From the NCBI GenBank assembly GCA_041572275.1, contig JBFFSQ010000004.1, positions 1 to 36,037 on the forward strand: a DNA stretch of 36,037 nucleotides, read 5' to 3'. A program made the translations under genes and the position numbers. Under the pieces are notes generated by a model. It was not told where the DNA came from and made no database searches. It saw only the letters and a list, made by a program, of their open reading frames with translations. Positions 18,154-26,413 of this stretch are shown piece by piece (the first letter of the stretch is position 1; each line of letters begins with the position of its first letter). This DNA is from Gammaproteobacteria bacterium (GTDB lineage: Bacteria > Pseudomonadota > Gammaproteobacteria > SZUA-229).

Positions 18154-19297
18154 CCTGATCATTCTCGGCGCTGGCATCCACGGCGCCGCCTGCGCCCAGG
18201 CGGCGGCAGCCCAGGGCTATTCCGTACTGGTACTGGAAAAAAAACCTCAGCCGGGACTGGCCACATCAAGTAAGTCGAGCAAACTGATTCACGGCGGTTT
18301 GCGCTATCTGGAATCCGGGCAGTTCAGGCTGGTTCGGGAATGCCTTAACGAACGCCGCTATCTGTTACGCAATGCACCGGCACTGGTCAAACTGGTGCCA
18401 TTCCATATTCCCATCTATCGTAGCACCCATCGGCGTCCCTGGTTAATTCATCTTGGGCTCATAATCTACAGTCTGTTCAGTGGTACCTCATTTCGACGTC
18501 TTTACCGTCACAACTGGGGCCCATTAGATGGTTTAAACCAGCAGCAACTACAAACTGTATTTCGCTATTTCGATGCCCAGACCGATGACCAGCGCCTGAC
18601 ACAGGCGGTGATGGCATCTGCCGAGTCGCTAGGAGCCACCTGCCTGACCCAGGCCGAGTTTATTCACGCTGACTGTACGGCCGAAATCTGCCAACTCCAG
18701 TATCGACAGCACAGCGAGACTCATACCGTGAGTGGACGACTACTAATCAATGCAACCGGCCCCTGGGCCAATGAAGTACTGCAACATATCAGCCCGTCCC
18801 CTGTACCGCTGTCCATGCAACAGGTACTCGGCAGCCATATCCTGGTACCACGAACACTGCAGCAGGGCATGTACTACCTGGAAGCGCCTCAGGATCAACG
18901 CGCTGTGTTTATCATGCCATGGGGTGAACAAACGCTAATCGGCACAACGGAAACACCATTCAATGGCTCCCCCGACCATATCGATGTCCCCGAGACAGAT
19001 ATCGACTATCTGCTCGCGGTCTACAACCATTATTTTGAACATAGACTCACCCGAGCTGATGTCATCAACGCTTTCGCCGGCCTCAGGGTGCTACCATCGA
19101 GCCCAGGCAGGGCCTTTTCTCGCCCTCGGGATACCATTATCCATCAACATGAAGGTGCTGCTGGCGTGTTTACACTCTATGGCGGCAAACTCACCGCCCA
19201 TCGAGCCACCGCCGAACAGCTCATGGCTCGAATCCATCCCCTGCTACCCTCTCGCAACGCCATTGCCGACACCCGCTATCTGAAACTACCGGTATAA
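18143..19297 (+). CDS. FAD-dependent glycerol-3-phosphate dehydrogenase/oxidase-like protein (short form)
   Basis: GAGIHG dinucleotide-binding motif, TSSKSSKLIHGGLRYLE, NATGPW, IGTTE, AGLRVL and GGKLT. Start reassigned to ATG 18143, overlapping the GDPD end. Confidence 0.85.
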   Translation: MIYDLIILGAGIHGAACAQAAAAQGYSVLVLEKKPQPGLATSSKSSKLIHGGLRYLESGQFRLVRECLNERRYLLRNAPALVKLVPFHIPIYRSTHRRPWLIHLGLIIYSLFSGTSFRRLYRHNWGPLDGLNQQQLQTVFRYFDAQTDDQRLTQAVMASAESLGATCLTQAEFIHADCTAEICQLQYRQHSETHTVSGRLLINATGPWANEVLQHISPSPVPLSMQQVLGSHILVPRTLQQGMYYLEAPQDQRAVFIMPWGEQTLIGTTETPFNGSPDHIDVPETDIDYLLAVYNHYFEHRLTRADVINAFAGLRVLPSSPGRAFSRPRDTIIHQHEGAAGVFTLYGGKLTAHRATAEQLMARIHPLLPSRNAIADTRYLKLPV

Positions 19298-19367
19298 CGT
19301 CTGTCCAAAGAACGCCACATTCGATAAAATAGTGTGTTTTGACCCCCCCAAACTGAAAGCGGAACAC

Positions 19368-20132
19368 ATGAATACACTTCAAGCACTGATATTTGATGTA
19401 GATGGCACTCTTGCTGACACTGAACGTGACGGCCACCGCGTGGCATTCAACATGGCCTTTGAAGAATTTGGCCTGGACTGGTACTGGGATGAGGACCTCT
19501 ACGAAAAACTACTGGACGTCACCGGTGGTAAAGAACGTATGGCGTACTACCTGGACAAGTTCAATAACGAATACCCTCAGGATGACAATACTCCAGAACT
19601 CATCAAACAGCTACACCAGGCCAAAACCCGCCATTACACTGAATTACTGGCCAAGGGTGCAATACCACTTCGCCCGGGTGTAAAACGCCTACTGGAAGAA
19701 GCCCGTGGAAAGGGCATACGCCTCGCTGTAGCCACCACGACGACCCCGGAAAACGTCACTGCGCTGCTCGAACATGCCCTGGCTCCCGGCTCAAGCGACT
19801 GGTTTGAGGTCATTGCAGCCGGCGATATTGTCCCTGCAAAAAAGCCCGCACCGGACATTTACGACTATGCACTGGAAAAAATGAACCTGCCCGCGGACGC
19901 CTGCCTGGCCTTCGAGGATTCTGAAAATGGCATCAAATCATCCATGGGTGCAAACTTAAAAACCATCGTAACCGTCAATGGCTACACTGAAAATCACAAC
20001 TTTGAGGGTGCAGCCTTAGTACTGGATAACATGGGCGAACCCGAACACGGTTTTAACACCCTAAGCGGGAATAATTTTGGCCACAATTACATCAACCTCG
20101 ACATGCTAGAGGATATATTCAGGTCAGCATAA
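19368..20132 (+). CDS. cbbY: CbbY-type HAD phosphatase (probable xylulose-1,5-bisphosphate phosphatase)
   Basis: ALIFDVDGTLADTERDGHRVAFN, GLDWYWD, VTGGKERM, KKPAPDIY and EDSENG. Start reassigned to ATG 19368. Confidence 0.82.
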   Translation: MNTLQALIFDVDGTLADTERDGHRVAFNMAFEEFGLDWYWDEDLYEKLLDVTGGKERMAYYLDKFNNEYPQDDNTPELIKQLHQAKTRHYTELLAKGAIPLRPGVKRLLEEARGKGIRLAVATTTTPENVTALLEHALAPGSSDWFEVIAAGDIVPAKKPAPDIYDYALEKMNLPADACLAFEDSENGIKSSMGANLKTIVTVNGYTENHNFEGAALVLDNMGEPEHGFNTLSGNNFGHNYINLDMLEDIFRSA

Positions 20133-20549
20133 ATGGTATTCCAGCACACCTTAACCCTGTCCACTCTTGGTCGTGGCACCTCGAATATCACACGCCAGGT
20201 CGAGGAAGTGATTGACCAGTCCGGTATTAGCACCGGGCTGGTCAATATCTTTGTTCACCATACCAGTGCATCGTTAATTCTGTGCGAAAATGCCGATCCG
20301 GATGTACGCCATGATCTGGAATCCTTCATGAAAAAAATCACCCCGGATGGTGACCCCATGTACCGCCATCAGGATGAAGGTCCCGACGATATGTCGGCCC
20401 ATGTTCGCACGATACTCACGGATAGCAGCCTGACCATCCCGATTAATCAGGGCCGCACCCTGTTGGGCACCTGGCAGGGCCTTTATTTTTGGGAGCATCG
20501 CACCCACCCGCATAACCGCCGCATCACAGTCACTATCTACGGTGATTAG
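20133..20549 (+). CDS. yjbQ: YjbQ family (secondary thiamine-phosphate synthase) protein
   Basis: HTSASL, ENADPDV, H..EGPDDMSAH and LGTWQG motifs. The start abuts the cbbY stop (TAAATG). Confidence 0.92.
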   Translation: MVFQHTLTLSTLGRGTSNITRQVEEVIDQSGISTGLVNIFVHHTSASLILCENADPDVRHDLESFMKKITPDGDPMYRHQDEGPDDMSAHVRTILTDSSLTIPINQGRTLLGTWQGLYFWEHRTHPHNRRITVTIYGD

Positions 20550-20605
20550 AGAATTCCCTGTTTTGTGCCATAATTAGGTCACACTAAAAACAACAGGGAT
20601 CATCC

Positions 20606-20953
20606 ATGACAAACAAGACTCCCGAAATAAAAGACTGCCCCATGTATCGTCTTCTCAGAGAGGGCAATATCAAAGACTTCAATGCCAAGAAAGCGGCAGG
20701 AGCCAGCTGTGACCTGACCGGTGCCGACTTTCGAAGCGTTAGCCTGGTCGGGATCGATGCCGAGGGACTGGATTTCAGCAATTGCTACTTCCGCATGTGC
20801 AATTTACGCGGCGTTGACCTAAGAAATGCCAATTTACGTGGTGCCAGCATTCACGGTGCCCAGATTTCCGGCGCTTATTTCCCTGACGAACTGAGTGCCC
20901 AGGAAATAGAGCTTTCCCTGGAACACGGCACCCGCATGCGCTATTCCAGCTGA
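20606..20953 (+). CDS. Small pentapeptide-repeat protein
   Basis: Run of A/C-D/N-L/F-x-x units (CDLTG ADFRS VSLVG IDAEG LDFSN CYFRM CNLRG VDLRN ANLRG ASIHG AQISG). Confidence 0.9.
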   Translation: MTNKTPEIKDCPMYRLLREGNIKDFNAKKAAGASCDLTGADFRSVSLVGIDAEGLDFSNCYFRMCNLRGVDLRNANLRGASIHGAQISGAYFPDELSAQEIELSLEHGTRMRYSS

Positions 20954-21024
20954 GCGATCCAATCGACACCCGGCAGACGGTCACTACAACCGCCTGCCTT
21001 TCAGCTTGCGTCTAGCTTCTAGCC

Positions 21025-22230
21025 ATGCCCGTTAAACTCATTCAGATTACTGACACCCACATCCACGACCTGCCGACAACCGAGTTTTACCAGGGCAGGC
21101 CCGATCAATCGCTACAACGCATCGTCCGTCATGCCAAACACTGTGCTCCCGATATTGATGCGGTGATTGTCACCGGTGACCTCACCCATGATGGTGGCGC
21201 ACAGGCCTGCCAACATTTACAAACCCTGCTGGCCGATTTTGACTGTCCGGTCTATGTTACCCTCGGTAACCATGATGTCGGCACAACCATCCGGCAGCAT
21301 CTGCTAAACCAGCAGATCAGTCAGCCGACTTCGGTAACAATTGGACACTGGCAACTCCTGTTTGCCGACAGCCATGTTGATCATCAGGTTAGCGGCTGGG
21401 TAGACCCTGCACGTCTTGATGAGATCAATCAGCATCTACTCCACTCGCCACAACCGGCGATGCTGTTCACCCATCACCCACCGGTCAATATCCAGTGTCA
21501 GTGGCTGGATCGTATAGGCCTCGATAACGGTGATGTTCTCGTGCAACAGCTGCTACCCTTCAAACAGCTTAAAGCCATTGTGTTTGGTCATATTCACCAG
21601 GCCTTCTCTGCTAATATCGAACACCTGCAGCTGCTGGGCACGCCCTCGTCCTGTATCCAGTTCAAGCCCAACAGTAAGAACTTTGCACTGGATACCCGTG
21701 ATCCGGGCTACCGGATCATCGAACTGGAAGACAATGGTGACTGGCATAGCCAGGTCCAGCGTTGTCCGAACCAGCTAAAGAAAATTATCTCCGGTGGACA
21801 GACTGGCGTTGACCGCGCCGCACTGGACATCGCCATCGAACTGGCCATTCCCCATGGCGGCTGGTGTCCACAGGGACGCCGAGCCGTTGATGGTGTCATC
21901 GATGAAAAATACCAACTCATGGAAACTGAATCAGCAGATTATCCTGTGCGTACCGAATGGAATGTCCGCGATGCAAATGGCACACTGGTGCTCAGCTGGG
22001 GTCAGCCAGATGGTGGCACCGCCCTCACTATCCGCATCGCTGAACGTCTGCAAAAACCCGTGCTGGTGATCAACCTCCTTGACCCTGTCGACGCCGAGAG
22101 CTTCTGGCAATGGTTACAACAACATAATATTGAAATTCTCAACATAGCCGGCCCCCGACATAGCAAAGCCGAAGCTCTCACCTCTACAGCTCAATCCTGC
22201 CTGCTAAAATTACTCTGCCACAACGCTTGA
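21025..22230 (+). CDS. CpdA/Icc-like metallophosphoesterase fused to a C-terminal cpYpsA-type SLOG ('putative molybdenum carrier') domain
   Basis: N-terminal DTH, TGDL, GNHD, HHPP, FGHIH, PSSCIQF and PGYR motifs. From 21781: KIISGGQTGVDRAALD, GGWCP, RTEWNVRD, GGTALT and LNIAGPR. One open frame. Confidence 0.88.
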   Translation: MPVKLIQITDTHIHDLPTTEFYQGRPDQSLQRIVRHAKHCAPDIDAVIVTGDLTHDGGAQACQHLQTLLADFDCPVYVTLGNHDVGTTIRQHLLNQQISQPTSVTIGHWQLLFADSHVDHQVSGWVDPARLDEINQHLLHSPQPAMLFTHHPPVNIQCQWLDRIGLDNGDVLVQQLLPFKQLKAIVFGHIHQAFSANIEHLQLLGTPSSCIQFKPNSKNFALDTRDPGYRIIELEDNGDWHSQVQRCPNQLKKIISGGQTGVDRAALDIAIELAIPHGGWCPQGRRAVDGVIDEKYQLMETESADYPVRTEWNVRDANGTLVLSWGQPDGGTALTIRIAERLQKPVLVINLLDPVDAESFWQWLQQHNIEILNIAGPRHSKAEALTSTAQSCLLKLLCHNA

Positions 22231-22293
22231 AAACCACGCATTTCTCTACCAGACTCCTAGCAATAAAAATATTTTTTCAGTGGTGATGAATTT

Positions 22294-23133
22294 ATGGATA
22301 CGCAGTTCAAATCAGAATTTGAACAGCTCATCAATCAGCCTGACACCAGCATCAACCTGGCGGAAGCGGCTCTGATGATCGCACGTCTGGAGTACCCGGA
22401 ACTCAACATTGCCATCTACCTGGAACAGATTGAGACACTGGCCGAGGAAATACGCAACCGACTACCGGCGCAACCAACAGCCAGCGAGATTCTGCATCGA
22501 CTGAATCAGGTGCTCTTCATTGAAAAAGGCTTTGAAGGCAACGCTGACCATTACTATGACCCACGTAACAGCTTTCTCAACGATGTTCTCGATCGCAAGC
22601 AGGGCATACCCATCAGTCTGTCCATACTCTATATCGAACTGGGTAAACAGCTAGGTCTACCACTGTCCGGTGTTTCCTTCCCCGGCCACTTTCTGGTCAA
22701 GCTGGATATCCATGATGGAGCCATCGTCCTCGACCCCTATTTTGGTGGTATTTCACTGTCAGAGCAGGATCTGGAACAACGGCTACTGGATTATTATGGT
22801 GATACGCTCAGGAAACAACACCTCATAAGCATGCTCGACAGCAGCAGTAACCGTGACATCATTTTGCGCGTGCTACGGAATCTACGAAATCTGTACATGC
22901 AAGATGATGACTGGTACAAAGCGCTGGAAATGGCAGACTGCATCCTCGAAATCGAGCCGGAAACAACTGAGGCAATCAAGGCCCGAGCCGTCATCTATGA
23001 CAAGCTGGAATGTCACACCCCTGCGCTGCACGATTATCAGCGTTACCTGTTATTAAAACCCGGGGCCAGGGACATCCATTCCATTCGTAAACGGATCATG
23101 GACTTGTCTCAACTCTGTCGACAGATTAACTAA
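22294..23133 (+). CDS. SirB1-family transglutaminase-like protein with C-terminal TPR
   Basis: YYDPRNSFLNDVLDRKQGIPISL, FPGHFLV, DPYFGG and ILRVLRNL, followed by TPR-like helices. Confidence 0.88.
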   Translation: MDTQFKSEFEQLINQPDTSINLAEAALMIARLEYPELNIAIYLEQIETLAEEIRNRLPAQPTASEILHRLNQVLFIEKGFEGNADHYYDPRNSFLNDVLDRKQGIPISLSILYIELGKQLGLPLSGVSFPGHFLVKLDIHDGAIVLDPYFGGISLSEQDLEQRLLDYYGDTLRKQHLISMLDSSSNRDIILRVLRNLRNLYMQDDDWYKALEMADCILEIEPETTEAIKARAVIYDKLECHTPALHDYQRYLLLKPGARDIHSIRKRIMDLSQLCRQIN

Positions 23134-23176
23134 GCCTGTGCTGGCGACAGTCTGTGTGACAGAGTAAGATGTCGCC

Positions 23177-23737
23177 ATGAACGACAAGCAAGACCTTATT
23201 CGCCATTATCACTGGCTCAGACAATACGGCTATAACGATTCCCACAGTGGCAACGCCTCAATCAGAGAACAACAGCGTTTCTGGGTGACGCCCACTGGGG
23301 CCTGTGCTGATCTATTAAACGCTGACCAGTTAATCCCCTGTGCTGTTGATGGTGAGCTGGGTACAGGTGCATCACTGGATGCCGGTCTGCATCAACTGGT
23401 GTACCAGAAAAACCCCAAAGCCAACGCCATACTCCACAGCCATGGTGCCTACAGTGTGGCGCTGACAATGGACGGCAATGATTTCCAGCCGATGGATTTT
23501 GAAGGCCAGTACTACTTTAACACCATTCCGGTCATTAGCATTCCCTATGAGCGCTACCTGGAACAGGCCGCCACAGCAGTGTCCGATGCACTGGCCAAGC
23601 ATCCTGTGGTCGTGGTGCGTGGCCACGGCGTCTATGTCCAGGCTGAAAGCCTGAACCTGGCCTACAAATGGACCTGTTCATTTGAACTTTCGGCCAAGAC
23701 CTGTTTTATTGCCCGCCAGGCTGGCACCCTGAAATGA
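23177..23737 (+). CDS. Class II aldolase/adducin family protein
   Basis: SGNAS and VTPTG motifs, plus metal-ligand motifs ILHSH and VRGHG. Confidence 0.88.
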   Translation: MNDKQDLIRHYHWLRQYGYNDSHSGNASIREQQRFWVTPTGACADLLNADQLIPCAVDGELGTGASLDAGLHQLVYQKNPKANAILHSHGAYSVALTMDGNDFQPMDFEGQYYFNTIPVISIPYERYLEQAATAVSDALAKHPVVVVRGHGVYVQAESLNLAYKWTCSFELSAKTCFIARQAGTLK

Positions 23738-24516
23738 AACCAGTAGTGTTATGCTTTTCAGGCCTGGACCCAACCGGTGGTGCCGGTATCCAGGCGGACA
23801 TTGAAGCCATCGCGGCTCAGGGTGGGCATGCGGCCAGTATTATCACGGCTGTTACCGTGCAGGATAGCCATAACGTCAAAAGCTTCCAGACCCTGGCTCC
23901 CTCCCTTATCACCGCCCAGGCCCAGACCGTTCTTGATGACATGGCAGTAGCTGCCATCAAGATTGGTATGCTGGGTAGTGTTGATGTGGCCACTGCTATC
24001 GCCGCCATCATTCAGGCGCGACCATCCATTCCGGTTATTTTCGACCCGGTTCTGGCTGCTGGCGGTGGCACTGACCTGGCGGGGGACATGCTTGTAGATA
24101 CCATCAAGACGAATATAATCCCCAACTGTCGACTGATTACCCCAAACATCCCGGAAGCTGAACGCCTGTGTGCTCAGCCTGCACCTTCCAGCACAGCCCT
24201 GCTCAATCTGGGCGCCGATGCCATCCTGCTCACCGGCACCCATGCCGACACCGAACAGGTTGAACACCAGCTGATCGATTCATCTCAACCGCTGCAACGG
24301 TTCCATTACCAGCGTCTGCCCCATGATTACCACGGCTCAGGCTGTACCCTCAGCGCCAGTATTGCCGCCTTGATCGCAACCGGCTTACCCCTATTAGATG
24401 CTGTACAACAAGGACTGGATTACACCTACCAAACATTACAGCAGGCCCAAGCTCTGGGGCAGGGCCAGCTCATTCCCAACCGATTCCCCGCTAGCCAGCC
24501 GAGCACTTCATCATGA
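23734..24516 (+). CDS. thiD: Hydroxymethylpyrimidine/phosphomethylpyrimidine kinase
   Basis: GLDPTGGAGIQAD, IKIGML, DPVL, ITPN..E and HGSGCTL motifs. ATGA overlaps at both ends. Confidence 0.88.
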   Translation: MKPVVLCFSGLDPTGGAGIQADIEAIAAQGGHAASIITAVTVQDSHNVKSFQTLAPSLITAQAQTVLDDMAVAAIKIGMLGSVDVATAIAAIIQARPSIPVIFDPVLAAGGGTDLAGDMLVDTIKTNIIPNCRLITPNIPEAERLCAQPAPSSTALLNLGADAILLTGTHADTEQVEHQLIDSSQPLQRFHYQRLPHDYHGSGCTLSASIAALIATGLPLLDAVQQGLDYTYQTLQQAQALGQGQLIPNRFPASQPSTSS

Positions 24517-25130
24517 AACGTCTGCACGGTCTGTACGCCATTAGCCACAGTCAACTGATCCCAGATGATGATTTTACCAATGTCATTGAACAGGCCCTGA
24601 TGGGCGGCGCCCGCATCATCCAGTACCGTGACAAAAGCGATGATCACAACCGTCGCCTGCAGCAGGCCCGCATAGTGGCACAACTATGCAATCGTTATGC
24701 GGCTATCAGCATTATCAATGATGATATCGAGCTCGCTATAAACGTCGATGCCGATGGCGTACACATTGGTATGGATGATATTCCCCTTCACCAGGCTCGC
24801 CGCGCACTGGGTAGCAACAAACTCATCGGTGTATCGTGCTACAACCGCTTTGAACTGGCACAACAGGCCAGTTCAGAGGGTGCTGATTACATTGCCTTCG
24901 GTAGTTTTTTCCCCTCCAGTATCAAACCCGATGCCCCACGAGCACAACCCGATCTGTTACCACGGGCGAAACAGGAACTGGATATCCCCGTCTGTGCAAT
25001 TGGCGGTATCAACGCCAACAATGCCGCTCAACTAATTACAGCGGGCAGCGATATGCTGGCGGTCATCAGCGAAGTATTTGCCAGTAAAGATATTCAAGCG
25101 GCCAGCCGTAAACTCAGCCAGCTATTTTAA
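24513..25130 (+). CDS. thiE: Thiamine-phosphate synthase
   Basis: GLYAI, QYRDK, IINDD, DGVHIG, GVSCY and AIGGI motifs. Confidence 0.95.
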   Translation: MKRLHGLYAISHSQLIPDDDFTNVIEQALMGGARIIQYRDKSDDHNRRLQQARIVAQLCNRYAAISIINDDIELAINVDADGVHIGMDDIPLHQARRALGSNKLIGVSCYNRFELAQQASSEGADYIAFGSFFPSSIKPDAPRAQPDLLPRAKQELDIPVCAIGGINANNAAQLITAGSDMLAVISEVFASKDIQAASRKLSQLF

Positions 25131-25238
25131 AATCCCTTCTATTTTTTCGTAATTAAGCCAGGTCGAGCTTATTACCCATTTTGCATTAAGCTCATTTTCA
25201 TCGACTATACTTTCTAAAAAACAGGGTGAGAAAACCAC

Positions 25239-26093
25239 ATGGAATCCCTTTCTGATCAGCAAACACTGGATGAGGTCGAGAAAACCATTTTGCTGGTAGA
25301 TGATGAACCCAATATCATCAAAGCACTTAAACGGCTGTTGCGTCGAGACGGCTATACCATACTCACAGCCACTGATGGACGCACTGGGCTAGACATGCTC
25401 GCGCATAACAAGGTTGGCGTTATCCTGTCGGACCAGCGCATGCCTGAAATGTCCGGTGTCGAATTTCTCAGCCAGGTCAAAGAACTGTACCCGGATACGG
25501 TGCGAATGGTCCTGAGTGGTTACACCGACCTGAATACAGTCACTGATGCAATCAACCAGGGGGCGATTTACAAGTTCCTAACCAAACCCTGGGAAGATGG
25601 GCTGCTAAGAGCAAACATCAAAGATGCCTTCCAGCATTTCAGACTGGTCAGAGAAAACAGACGCCTGCATGCAGAACTTAAGAAACTCAATCAGCTCCTG
25701 GAAAATCGTCTTGATGAACAGAATCGTCTATCCAAGATTGAGTTGCACATGCTCCAGCTAAACCAGGCTGTTCTCGATAACCAGCCGGTAGCAGTTCTTG
25801 GTATCGGGGATGATCAAATGATTGCTGTCGCCAATAATCGAGCCCATGAACTTCTAAATGTTCAAGCCGGCAGCCTGCTCACGGCCTTTGCCAACCAGGT
25901 CTTGCCACAGGAGATCCAGGATGCCTACACCAGGATTGACGATGACACTGAGGAAGTCTGCACAGTCATTCGTTTGAACAAAATTGATTACCAGATCATA
26001 TGCCGACGATTAACAGCTCCTTCAGGCCCACAGGGCTTAGTCATCACACTATTCCCCCGCTACGCAAGCCAAATCAGGCAACTGGACACATAA
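25239..26093 (+). CDS. Response regulator: receiver + coiled coil + degenerate PAS-like domain
   Basis: LLVDDE, SDQRMP (phospho-Asp), LSGYT and TKPW. C-terminal VLDNQPVAVLGIGDDQMIAVANNRA is PAS-like. No HTH. Confidence 0.85.
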   Translation: MESLSDQQTLDEVEKTILLVDDEPNIIKALKRLLRRDGYTILTATDGRTGLDMLAHNKVGVILSDQRMPEMSGVEFLSQVKELYPDTVRMVLSGYTDLNTVTDAINQGAIYKFLTKPWEDGLLRANIKDAFQHFRLVRENRRLHAELKKLNQLLENRLDEQNRLSKIELHMLQLNQAVLDNQPVAVLGIGDDQMIAVANNRAHELLNVQAGSLLTAFANQVLPQEIQDAYTRIDDDTEEVCTVIRLNKIDYQIICRRLTAPSGPQGLVITLFPRYASQIRQLDT

Positions 26094-26094
26094 C

Positions 26095-26412
26095 ATGAAA
26101 CATAAAATAACAATTGAGTTGCCATCGGCCATTGAAGGCATGCAACTGGCCACTGATGCCATCGACGATAAAGGCGTTTGCCTCATAGTTGCCGGTGCCA
26201 CTCTGACAGAAGCATCAATACAAGGTCTAGCCAAGCGCAACATTAAGAGCATTGAAATTTATCAACAGGAACAGCTCACACCCAAGCAGGCACAACAACG
26301 TCGTGCAGAAATCAAAACCCAACTTGACTATTGCTTCAGCAAAACACAAAGCAAGCCATTAATGAGCGATTTAAAACAAATTTTTTACAATTACAGAACT
26401 CTGGACCTTTAA
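26095..26412 (+). CDS. Small hypothetical protein carrying a GMxLAxD...G..L...G..LT...I..L module
   Basis: 105-aa ORF packed 1 nt from both neighbours. The motif EGMQLATDAIDDKGVCLIVAGATLTEASIQGL resembles accessory modules of HD-GYP/HDOD proteins. Confidence 0.75.
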   Translation: MKHKITIELPSAIEGMQLATDAIDDKGVCLIVAGATLTEASIQGLAKRNIKSIEIYQQEQLTPKQAQQRRAEIKTQLDYCFSKTQSKPLMSDLKQIFYNYRTLDL

Positions 26413-26413
26413 C

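Noticed and set aside
23134-23176. TPP riboswitch upstream of the thiamine genes
   Set aside because: The spacer is only 43 nt and lacks the CTGAGA and ACCTGAT conserved elements.
23758-24267. 169-aa minus-strand Gly-rich ORF
   Set aside because: Fully antisense to thiD, with no independent coding signal.
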